This document shows, piece after piece, positions 48,231-59,744 of a stretch of 64,000 nt of DNA. How positions within the stretch are numbered: the stretch's first letter is position 1; each line of letters opens with the position of its first letter. This stretch comes from Isurus oxyrinchus (Eukaryota): contig JANJGN010000017.1 in assembly GCA_026770705.1 (NCBI GenBank), forward strand, positions 99,634,001 through 99,698,000, read 5' to 3'. A program made the translations under genes and the position numbers. The notes under the pieces were generated by a model. That model did no database searches, had not been told where the DNA came from, and saw only the letters and a program-made list of their open reading frames with translations.

Positions 48231-49649
48231 GACTTGCTGCAGGGTTCCCGTGGGACTGTATCCCGGAAGAAGTGAGCACCCTCAGATGAAGAGGAGGGAA
48301 ATCAGAAACATAGAGTACTATATTAAATAGGAAGGGACTCGAAGCAGAGCACAAGGAGTGATCACAAGTGGCTAATGCATATTTGAATATAAAAGATTGA
48401 GATAACAACTACGTTAAGTGCAGGCATTATTCATGTATCACCTTCTTAGCTCCACAAATCATGCATGTCAATAAGGTTAATCTGATTTCTAGGGATCAAT
48501 GAAACCAGCCATCATTCACTCGAAATCTCGTTGCCAATTAACAGCAAATGAAATTAAAATTTCCACTGACACAGCATATCAAAAGCACTGTGATTTTCTA
48601 CGAATGCAGGAAATGAAAGGAGTTAAACCTGCTGTGTAATCTCCCCAGGCACACACACACTTCTCAGCAATGGACAAAACACTCAGGAAAGCACACCAAT
48701 TATACCTCTAATGGACGCATTAAAAATATCATTAAGATGCAGTTATCGAGTTTTGTTTGGGTTCACAGCTCTCCCTGGCCTTGGTATCTACAGTTGTTAG
48801 GAACAGGAAAACACCCATTTAGCCAACGACATTATCCCTTTTAAATACCTACCCACCTTCTGGCAACATGGCTTATGTTCTTGGAATTGCGAGGCTTAAA
48901 ACGACCATATGCCATGCAGTCCACCTTCTCAGGCCCACAGTGCAACAGTAATAGAGTTCTTGATGTTAATTGTACGTGTTGAAATGAAATGCATTCAGGA
49001 GGGACACTCAGTGGATGATGGCTTGGAAATTCCCTCCGTTCCATTCTGCCCCGCACAGAGGGGTTTTGCGTATAGGCTGCTGCTGCTGCCCACCCTCCTC
49101 CATGCCGTCCGGACATGCCGTGGCAATCTGTAATGCCATCGGGGGAGGGGGGTGGGTGCAGGGAAGCCTGGTGGGAGGCCTATTACGTGGCAGCGGGTGG
49201 GGGGTTGGGGGGGGGGGTCAAAGGGGTCCTTTGACCGACTGCCTGCCTCTCTTCTGTGGTTATGTCCACACCCGGGTGTCCTTGAAGAGGTGGCACACGG
49301 TGTCCACTGGTACGTCTGAGGCCTTCTGCGACTAGTGGGCACCGCAGTGGCTGGAATGCATCACCAATCCTGGCAACATTATTTTAATTTGATAAGCTTC
49401 CTTTGCAGTTTTTTGCTTTAGCTACAGTGCCCCTTTAACGGGGCTGGTCATTTACTCATTGGTACTCCAAAGAGTATGAAGCGACTCAGACTGATGCTGG
49501 TGGTGGGTGGCAGAGATAGGAGCCATACAATTCTAATGTCACACTTCATGAATAAATCTAAAACTGAGTAAAGATCGAATTCTGGTCTCCTCCTTCACCA
49601 ACTGGCTGGAACAACTTTAACAGTTGACTAATCACCTCTCTCAGAAACA

Positions 49650-49928
49650 TATTTAATTGCCCTGTGAACCCATTTGCAAAGTGTTGTAGGGTGGCTGAGT
49701 TGTAGAATTAGTGATAGAGTTGATCTGCGGACACTAATTGGGTGGAAACATTAAGTTTATTTACACTATACTCAGCAGCAACTACATGTGTGCTTTCACC
49801 TCCAACTCCATCTCTATGCTGACTGCTGAGGTAGCCTGTGCTACGATCCTATTGGCTACTACAGATCATGTGATCTCCCTGAACAAGTGTTATCCTTACA
49901 AGTACATTGCACACTAAATAAAACCACA
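49650..49928 (-). mobile_element. Solo LTR family A (diverged)
   Basis: Reverse complement tgtggttt..agatcacatgatct..ccaatagg..gcacaggctacc..aataaa aligns with 47683-48000. Left boundary approximate. Confidence 0.75.
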
Positions 49929-51754
49929 ATTGCTACACAAAGCTGGCTTCAAATTTTACTCCTGACAACTTATCCCTTGACATCAACCTTCCTTTTCTCT
50001 TTAGAGTTATTGATGAACCTGTTTCGGGAGCCCGACATTTGCAATTATTTTCTTCCATTCAAAGAGCTGGCAGGGACACGATGGGCCAAACGGTCTTCTT
50101 CTGTGCTGTAACTGTCCTATGCTTCTATGTCTGGATTGCAGGGAAATTCTTTTTAGTATGTATGGTAATTCACTCTTTAAAAATAAAGTGGTAACCTTTG
50201 AAGCCCGTTATTACAAGCATGGTACCACAGGAGGCCCTTCAACAAAAACATTGCTTGGGTCCACTTGAGATCTGGAATATGACTCAGGCATGCAAGCAAT
50301 AAGCAGCAGGAGAGGCTGTAGGCCAGTCCTGAGTGCTGTCCTGCTGGTTTGGAAAGCAGGGAACAATCTGACAGCTAGTCTCGCAATACCTCTCAAGACC
50401 TCTGCCACAATACACCATGCATGTAGAAGGGTCACACTGCACTGACTCACTGACTAAGCTTTTGGACACCTGCCTTCATCCTGCTTCTGCTTTACTTGTG
50501 TCAGCATCACTGATATCCGTATTCCACTGACATTTATAAGGGGAACTGTGTCTCAGTGTCAAATTTTTGTTTGATGAGGAACCTTGCGAAGCACCTCGGG
50601 GTGTTTCGCGATTTAAAGGTGCGATGCAAATACGTGTTCTTTGTTGGACCAGTATCCTGAGCTATCCGGGAGGATCCCAGATCACCTGCGATGGTTCCCA
50701 GTGGCTCAGGTCTGCTCTGCTGCGTTGCCTGCATTGCATTGCGTCCCCTGCTGCCTTTCGAAAGCCATTGTCAGAAGGTTTGTCTGAGAATTGGGGCTTG
50801 CCACATGGTGCTCCAGTCTCCAGCAGGACGCATAACTGTCCCCTTGGTGCCTGTTATCCCTGATTTGTGTTACGACTCAGGTTTGGTTCTAGCATTGTCA
50901 GTACAGAGAGGGTAGGCAAATAATTCCTCTGTGAGTCGGCGCCTCAGTGGGCACTTAAAGACTCTCACGCTCAGACAGCTTCCACTGCCACGCTGAATCA
51001 TAGGACTGTACAGCAGAGGAGAAGGCCATCCAGCCTGTCAAGCCTGTGGAAGGTTTTCCCTTATCCCCTGCAAATTCAGCCTCGTCAAATACATGTCCAG
51101 TTACCTTTTGAAAGTTTCTGTGGAACCTGCTTTCTCCACCCTTTCATCTTGTCCATTCCAGCTCTTAACAGTCCTGAGTGAAGATGCTTGTCTCCGACCC
51201 TCCCTTGACAGCTGTGGCCTTTGGTTGTTTAACTGTTTCGTGTTTGCTTACGTGTCTCCAGTATCTGTTCTCGGTGTGTGATTAAGCATGGGTGCGGTTA
51301 CTTCAAAATAGAATCTGAGGCAAGCTGCTGTGAGCAGGCATGATAAAACACTGAATGAACCTCCTGTTACACACACATAAAGACTGGAGTGTGTCATCTC
51401 TGCATGTTTCCAAGGCACAAAACCAATTATTTTATAAGCTTGACCACTGGTTACCAACCAGAGGAAAGAGTTTCTCACTGCTTTCTCAATTAAAACTCTC
51501 ATTCTTTTGGATACTTCAATGAGGTCTCCCCTTAACCTTCTCTGCTCTCAGCAGAACAATCCTAGTTTCCCTAATCTCTCTACAGGCATGGTCAGGGTAG
51601 AATCACAAGGCAAGTCAGGCACAGTCCTAACAGGCGCCAAAATAGGATGAAAACCCACAGGTCATAGAATGGTTAGGGGACAGAAGGAGGCCATTCAGCC
51701 CATTATACCCATGTGCCAGCTCTCGGCAGCTCAGCTAATCCCATTCATAATAGC

Positions 51755-52315
51755 ATAAGAAATAGGAACAGGAGTGGGCCATTCAGCCCTTTGAACCCGC
51801 TCTGCTATTCAATGAGATCATGCCTGATCTTCTACGTCAACACCATTTTCCTGCACTATCCCTGTGCCTCTTGACATTTTTAATATGCGCAAATCTATTG
51901 ATCTCAATCTGGCACTTGCTCAATGACTGTTCATCCACAGCTCTCTGTGGCAGAGAATTCCAATGATTCACCCACCTCTAAGTGAGGAAATCCCTCCTCA
52001 TCTCAGTCCTAAATGGCTTGCCTCTTATTCTGAGACTGTGTCCCCTGGTGCTGGACAAAGCAGCCAAGGGAAACATCCTTCCTGTGTCTACCATGTTGAG
52101 CCCTCTAAGAATTTTGTATGTTTGAACAAGATTACCTATCATTCCTTGAAACTCCAAAGAATCAAGGCCCAGCCTATTTAATCTTTTCACAAGGGGCCAA
52201 AACCCACAAGTCACCTTTCCTCCATCCCAGGAATCAATTCAGTGAAATTTCGATGATTACCTCTATGTCAATTAGATCTTTCCTTAGGTCCGGAGACCAA
52301 AACTGCACAAAATTC
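51755..52315 (-). mobile_element. CR1 3' fragment
   Basis: RLNRLGLDSLEFQGMIGNLVQTYKILRGL..FRTEMRRDF; cataagaaatagg tail. Confidence 0.9.
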
Positions 52316-52319
52316 TGCT

Positions 52320-52655
52320 GACCCTACCTTTTCCCTGTAGATCTGCAATTTTTTTCCCTTCAGATAATTATCCAATTTTTGAAGGCCTCGATTGAATCTA
52401 CATCCACCATATCCCAGGCAGAGTATTCCAGATCCTCACCACTCATGTCACCATTGATTCTTTGGCCAATCATCTTAAATCTGTACCACCTGCTTCTCGG
52501 CCCAGTTTCTCCTGGTCTACTCTGTCCAGACCCCTTCTGATTTTGAATATCCTCAATCAAATCGCCTCTTAATCTTCTCCTCTTTATGGAGAACAGTCCC
52601 AGCTTCTCCAATCTGGTTACGTAACTGAAGTTCCTCATCCCCGGAACCACCCTCA
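52320..52655 (-). mobile_element. CR1 3' fragment
   Basis: VPGMRNFSYVTRLEKLGLFSIKRRRLRGDLIE. Confidence 0.88.
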
Positions 52656-52804
52656 TGAAGTATAAACAGAAGGATCTGGAGATGCGCAGCAATGGTTGCT
52701 GTTTCGAGATGGAAGCTCTCAAAGCTTGACTATTGGTCACCCTATTGATGGCCAATACCCTTGTCACACAGCACCTTTGCAACAGCATTCAACTTTTGCA
52801 TCCT

Positions 52805-54300
52805 CATAAGAACATATGAATTAGGAGCAGGAGTAGGCTTCTCGGCCTTCGGAGCCTGCTCTACCATTCAATAAGATCATGGCTGGTCCTACTGTAACCT
52901 GAACTCCACATTCCGGCCTACCCCCAATAACCTTTCACCCCCTTGCTTTTCAAGAATCTATCTAGCTCTGCCTTCAAAATACATTTGCTTCCACCGCCTT
53001 TTGAGGAAGATTTCCAAAGACCCACGACACTCAGAGTAAACACTTCTCCTCATCTCTGTCTTAAATGGGAGACCCATTTAAGATTATTTTTAAACTGTGA
53101 CCCCTAGCTCTAGATTGTCTCACAAGAGGAAACATCCCCTCCACACCCACATCCACATCCACCATGTCAAGACCCCTCAGGATCTTAAATGTTTCAATCA
53201 AGTCACCACTTACTCTTCTAAACTCCATTGGATACAATCCTAGCTTGTCCAACCTTTCCTTTTCAGCAACCTGCCATTACAAGTATTAGTTCACTAAACC
53301 TTCTCTGAATTGCTTCCAAACATTCACATCCTTCCTAAAATACAGAGACCAACACTGTAAACAGCACTCCAGATGTGGTCTCACCAATGCCCTGTATAAC
53401 TGAAACATAACCTCCCCACTCTTGCATTCAATTCCCCTCAACAAAAAATAATGTTCTATTGGCTTGACTATTACTTGCTGTACCTGCATACTAACCTTTT
53501 GCGATTCATGCACTAGGACACCCAGATCCCTCTGCACCTCAGCGCTCTGTCGTCTCTCACCATTCAGACAATAAGCTTCTTTTTTCATTCTTCCTACCAA
53601 AATGAACAATTTCACAATTTCCCACATTATACTCTGCCAGATGTTTGCTCGCTCACTTAACCTAGCTCTGTCCCTTTGCAGCCTCCTTATGATCTCTTCG
53701 CAATTTTCTTTCCTACCTATCTTTGTGTCTTAAGGAAACTTAGCAACCATTCCTTAGGTCCCTTCGTCCAAATCATTCACATAAATTGTAAAACGTTGAG
53801 GCCCCAGCACTGATCCCTGTGGTACACCACTTGCTTTATCTTGCCAGCCAGAAAATGATCCACCGATGCCTACTTTCTGTTTCTTGTAAGCTAGCCAATC
53901 TTCTGTCCATGCCAATATGTTACTCCCCACACCATGAGCTTTTATTTTCCACATGAATCTTTGATATGACACCTTCTCAAATGCCTTCTGGAGATCTAAC
54001 TATAGTACATCCACCGTTTTCCTTTATCCACAGCACGTTACTTCAAAAAACCCCAATAAATTGGTTAAACATGATTTCCCACTCACAAAACCATGTTGAC
54101 TCTGCCTAATCACCTTGAATTCTTTCTAAGTGCCCCGCTATAGCGTAGTGAATAATGGCTTCCAACATTTTCACGAAGATAAATGTTAGGATAACTGCCC
54201 TGTAGTCACCTGCTTTCTGTCTCCTTTCCTTTATGAGCAAAGGAGTTACACCCGCTATTTCCAATCGAATGGAAACTTCTCCAAAACTAGGGAATTTTAT
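52805..54300 (-). mobile_element. Longest CR1 fragment (~1.5 kb of RT region, disabled)
   Basis: GDYRAVILT..KMLEAII, SGVPQGSVLGPQRFTIYVNDLDEG, QRDLGVLVHESQK and RRVSGDLIETFKIL, spread over several frames. Confidence 0.95.
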
Positions 54301-54729
54301 GACATAATTCAACCCATTAGGGTTGACCATCAAGAAGCTTAAATTATTTTACAGTTTTGACCTCTGGTACCTAATCACAGGAAAGAGTTTCTCACGACTT
54401 GCTCAGTCAAACCTTCATCAATTTGAACACCTTTGTGAGATCTCCCATGAGCCTTCGCCATGCTAAGTGGGAGTAATTCCTGCTTCTCCGCTCCCTGCAC
54501 AAATGCAGTCAGGGCAAACCAGGCACAGTCAGAACAGGCGCCAAAATGGGAAACAATCCATAAATCATGGGAATGGTTACAGCGCAGAAGGAGGCCACTT
54601 GGCCCACTTTCCATTTCATATCCCAGGATGCATCTTCCCTCCTCCAGGGGTGGCTTCCAACGTCTGCCCTTCCCACTAAAGTAGTGGCTCCTTTTAATTG
54701 ATACCCAAACTCCTTTGTGTCAGGCATAG

Positions 54730-54940
54730 ATGGAGACGAAACAATAAAAACAAATTGCAGTAAAATGTCCCAAGATGCTTCACAGGAGCAAGCGTCAAAC
54801 AATATTTGACAGTGAAGGCACATGAGGAAATATCATGATAAATGATTAAAAGATTCGTCAACGAGGGAGGTTTTAAGGACCATCTTGAAGGGAGGAGGGA
54901 GAGGCGGAGAGGTCTGGGGGGAGGGAATTCTAGAGCTCAG
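54730..54940 (-). mobile_element. L2-type LINE 3' end
   Basis: aaaatgtcccaagatgcttcacaggagc..tcaaac..ggttttaagg..catcttgaagggagg..gggaattctagagctcag. Confidence 0.75.
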
Positions 54941-55711
54941 CGTCACTACCTCCCGTTCTCAGTTGTGCTACGAGAACATGAGAGTACACAGGAGGAAGGG
55001 CGATGTTCTGCCATTCTCGGGGATGATACACAGTAACATTGAAGTCCTTGCGAGTGCTTTCAGTTTCACCTCGCCCATTTCTCACTCCTCTCCTTTAGGG
55101 GCTGAATTGTCACGGTGGAGGATTCCCTCATGCACCTAGGGTTATCTGATCTCAGTCGATAGACAAAGAAGGATGAGTGCAGGGAATTATGTCACGTGAC
55201 CAGAGGAAGAAAAGCTCCATGTGGAAGGTTCTGCTGCCGGCAGCTCTGGCAGATCCTCTTCATGCAAGCTCTTCTCCTCTGCGCACTTTTAATATGTGGC
55301 TTCAGATAGATCAAAATATGCCAAATTTTACAAAGGAAAGCGGCTACAGTGAGCAGCACTCCTAAGGAAGAGTTGCGCTGTGTATGTGGAAGCAAAACAT
55401 AAATACTGCCCGGAGGAAAGTTGAGTTTTAAAGAGCAGGTAGTCTGCTTTTGTTGGTGAGAGGTTCTGATCAGAAACTAGACAGATCAAGTTGTTCTTTT
55501 GACCTGCCTGCTCTGGTGTTTGAAATGCTGTTAAGCACAGAAAAGAGCTGGGGCTTAAAAGTACTTTGCTTTAGACCGTTTGCTGGTTGAACAAGGGTTT
55601 CAGCATTTGCTGGCGATATCCCTGAAGGGAAAGATTGATCAACAGCATAACTTTCCGATGAATGAGACACAACATCTCTGATCTCCAGTGCTAAAGCCAG
55701 CCTTGCGTGTT

Positions 55712-55865
55712 CTGCTGCTGCTGCTGCTGCTGTCTACTCTGTGTCTGTGTGTGTATTTATTCACAAGTGTCTGTGTGTGTATTCACGTGTGTGTGTGTGT
55801 TTGTGTGTGCGTGCGCGTGTGTGCATTCACGTATGTGTTTGTATGTAAGCAGTGTGTGTGCGCAT
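55712..55865. repeat. (CTG)n followed by imperfect (TG)n microsatellite
   Basis: ctgctgctgctgctgctgctg, then gtgtgtgt runs. Confidence 0.9.
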
Positions 55866-55960
55866 GCCCAGATAATCGGTGCCTATAACATCAGTCTGTG
55901 ACACTCCCTCATGGTCAGACTGATGTCACTCAGCACCACAGCCCACGCATGAAGAATGGC

Positions 55961-56076
55961 TTCAAAAACAGAAAATGCTGGAAAAAATCAGCAGGTCTGG
56001 CAGACCTGCTGATTTTTTCCAGCATTTTCTGTTTTAATTTCAGATTTCCAGCATCCACAGTGTTTTGCTTTTATCT
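55961..56076. mobile_element. Centrally deleted fold-back Penelope-type element forming a perfect palindrome
   Basis: 35-bp arms 55965-55999 and 56001-56035 are exact reverse complements around one G. Flanking 11-bp direct repeat atgaagaatgg (55949-55959, 56077-56087). Confidence 0.9.
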
Positions 56077-57804
56077 ATGAAGAATGGTTACTTGTGTGGA
56101 CTACTGGAGGCCAACTCAGGCCCACAGTACTGTACCTTGGCAATAGTCAGTGCCTGCGGAGAGATGGGGGACAATAAATACATTGAAATATCTAAAAAAA
56201 AACTACATAGGATGCATTAAATAACACAGTTTAAAATGAGTTTTCAGCAGAGCTGCTGTTCTCTATTTAATTGAGGCCCCCCTATCTGTTCTCTACAGGT
56301 GATTAATGATAGTGTATACATGTTCTACTGTACAGCAACGAGCACTTGTGGAAGACACAATACAGCGACTGTAAAGATGAACAGAATCTCTCTGCACAAT
56401 TGCCAGCATGATTGCAGAAAGTGTACACAATCCAAAAACAACAACAGTGAAACACAAAGGGCACTCTCCAGCACCAGGAGCCAACAACAGCTGCACATTA
56501 ATCTCACAGCGAGTGTAAACTTTCAGGGAGAAATGCAAGGGAAAAGGATACCCTGATTAAAGTCTCTGCCAGTGTACACATACTGCATAAATAAAAATTG
56601 GCGGCTTAAGGATATTGATTGACATTTCCAATCCTCCATGTCAGGCCTTCCTTTGTCAATAGTGACATTACAAATTGGGATGGCATTGCAAAGCAGCTCA
56701 TTGATTGGATTGGGACTGTGACCTTTGGTCTGAGAGCCAATCTCGAGTTGATAGAGCCCGTGAAAAGTGAGACAGGCTTACACTTTGTACTTATTTCCTG
56801 CATTTCATCAACACGTTCGTGCGGGTTTGAGGGAGGCGGGTTTGGCCACAGCTGTTGTGAAGGCTACTTGGTGTCCCTCGAAGAGGGGCCGGGTGGATCA
56901 TTCCCCCTGCTCTTCTTCCCATGGTTTCACTTAATGTTTTATGTTCGGTTTAATACCTCATCCAAGATGACGGGAGCTCCAACACTGCAGCATGCCCTCA
57001 GTAGTGCACTGAAGCATCTACCTCAGCTTTGATCCTCAAGACGCTGGAGGGGGATTTGAACCCACAATCTCCTGAATCAGGAAGCAAGAATTCCTACCTC
57101 CTGAGCCACAGCTGGAACATCAAGTTGCCTCTGCTCCATTCCAATAAACCGGCCTGAAGGTCAGAAGTTATGGACCATTGGAGTGTGAGTTCTACAACTG
57201 GGCGGAGCTGGGTGACTTGGAAGATGTGCTACCACTGGGGATGAAGTTCCAAACAAAAATTTTAGGGCCTATCTCTTTCAACAGCTAAATGCAGTTTCGA
57301 TAAGACTTACTGCCTCTGTGTTTTCTGTCTTCTTTAATGCATAACGTTAAACAAGTAACATCAGCTGCCGAGGTGACATTCAACAGCTGTTCCGAGACAT
57401 TTTTTTCTTGCATCTGCATTAAGATGCCCGCCCAGCCACAACTGAATCGAGGTCTGCAGCTTATCAATGTAAAAGCTCTGGAGGAACACGCCTTCTCACA
57501 AAGCAGGAGGAAACAGTGCCTGCTGCAGGTAATCTGGGCATATTTCTGACCCCATGCCCGAATTACTTCTCTTGAAAGTAGAGCATAGCTCCGTGGGCGA
57601 AATCATGCCCCCACCTCCCCCCAACCACCACACCCCCCCCCCACCCCCGCCACCCCCGCCCCAACCCCTACCGCACCCCACTCCTTCCCAGGACCTCACC
57701 CAATCAGCCACTGCTCATTGGTGCTTCCAAGGCTAGAAAGCCATCAACTCCCAAATGACAGGGTTGTTCCAGTGAACCGCAGCAGACGAGAACAGACAGC
57801 CAGA

Positions 57805-58120
57805 AGAAATAAGAGCAGAGGTAGGTCATTTGCCATTCAAGTCTGCTCTGCCATTCAATATCATGTCTGATCTTTGACCTCCATGCCACGTCCTACCCTA
57901 TCCCCATATCCTTCAATTCTCTCATTAACCAAAAGAATCCATCCACCTCTGTCTTGAACGTGCAACAACTAAGCCACCCACAGCCTTCTGCTGGCAATTC
58001 CAAACATTCACACCACCTTTGAGAGGAGAAATACCTCTTGGTCTCAGTCCCCTTCAACCTGAGGCTGCGACCCTGAGTTTTAGATGCACCAGCCATGGGG
58101 GGATCTGCCCTGTCCAGCCT
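57805..58120 (-). mobile_element. Degraded CR1 3' end
   Basis: agaaataagagcagaggtaggtcatttg..atccacctctgtcttgaac..gagaaatacctcttggtctcagtcc. Confidence 0.8.
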
Positions 58121-59744
58121 GTTACGAGTTTTATTTGCCAGGAGGCTTGTCTAAGTTTACCAGCTGACAAGCACAAAGACAGCCACCTCAAAGATTAGCA
58201 GAGTGGAGAGACAGACACGTCTAGACACCCCGCCCATTCACGTGCATTCCTGATTTAAAATGATCTCGAACCTCCATTTCAACGACAGCACTGCATGTTG
58301 CCTGTTTCTAGCAGTTTAAAGCCTTTTCACCAAAACCTTTCCAAAAATTACCGTAATAATCAGGACTATATTGGCATTTATGCAGGGCCCTACTGTAAAT
58401 CTTGGCTCTGTTTTTTACACCTTTGGTATCCCCAATCACTGTGTCTGACTGGGGTTCAGCTCAAATGAGTGCTGACTGACCTCTGATTCACCACCCATTC
58501 TTAACTCAGGAGCTCAGTAAGTTCTGGACACAGCCAGGCACTAGCCCCCACACACGGGCACTTTACACCAGACTGATTGGCAGCGGGAACACGAGTTGAT
58601 CTTCCATTCTCCAACCAAGGGTCCCAGTGTGGTCGATTATCCCATTCAAACCGGTGCCCTGGTCAAGATCAGATATCTGACCCGAGATTGGGGTTTGAAC
58701 TTGGGGCACTCTGGGCTGAACAGCTTAATAGTTCAGCTTTTTTTTTCTGAACGTTTGATTTTAATTCCTGCGTAAATAATTAAGTGCCTGAGAGTTTCCA
58801 GCAACCTGGACTCAAATATGTTATTTCTTATGTTTCAACGGGAAACAGGCACTGAATGGAGATGTGTTTCTTTAATTCCTGCTCTTGAAGCTGGTTAAAG
58901 CTGTCAAAGGGATTTGGCTGGGACTTTAGGAAATCGGCACCACATCAGAACTGAACTCAGGAGTATTAAGAGTCATCCTTTACAAATGCTGAACTCCCAG
59001 GTTGGAATTGTGCCTGCATTAAGATGAAAACCTCAATGCTGCTGTGAGTTGACCTCCAGCTTACACGCATCCTTGCTCCCAAGTACCCAGTGGATGATTG
59101 CATTCCAATTAGGCTGACACAAAGAGCCGAAAGAGATCCCAAATGGATTGTCTGTCAATAGAAAAAAGTTAAAGGCTAAGGATCTTGAACCAAAGATTTC
59201 ACCTGCACACGTAATTAGTTTTTATATCACAACGAATATTCCAGAAGATAAGATGTACACAGCTGGGAAAGGTAACATAATCACCAGCCAACTCTCATTA
59301 ACACTTGGATCCTTAAAGGGCTCCTCATTACAAATTGCGGAATCTAACAAATTGACGCTTGATTTACTGAAAATATCTTACGTTGGGGAAAAAAAACTAA
59401 TGCACCGACATTAAAGAACAAAATAAAATGGCCCAGGTTTCATTTCATATAAAGTCCTTACCTGAAGGAAATAACTGCAGAAATATCTGTCCTGACAATG
59501 TGAGGGCAGCGGTGGGGGGAAGGATGTCAGAAATTGAGAGATCTATAAAATATGCATTAGATTGCTTTAACACTTTTCTCAAGGTTAATGGTGTTTTAGC
59601 GTGGACCAGTTTATTGAGAGAAGGCAACTGTTGCTTGATGCCAGACACGTTTACTAGCTGCGTGTCGAAATTGTTGACATTCTGGTTAATGCAGGACCAC
59701 AACATTCAGTGGAAAGGCTGGAATCGGTTTCTCCCCCTTGGTAA

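Noticed and set aside
56299-57032. ORFs of 85 and 137 aa after an acceptor-like ctctacag
   Set aside because: No recognisable domain or consistent exon structure; the distal part runs into a SINE.
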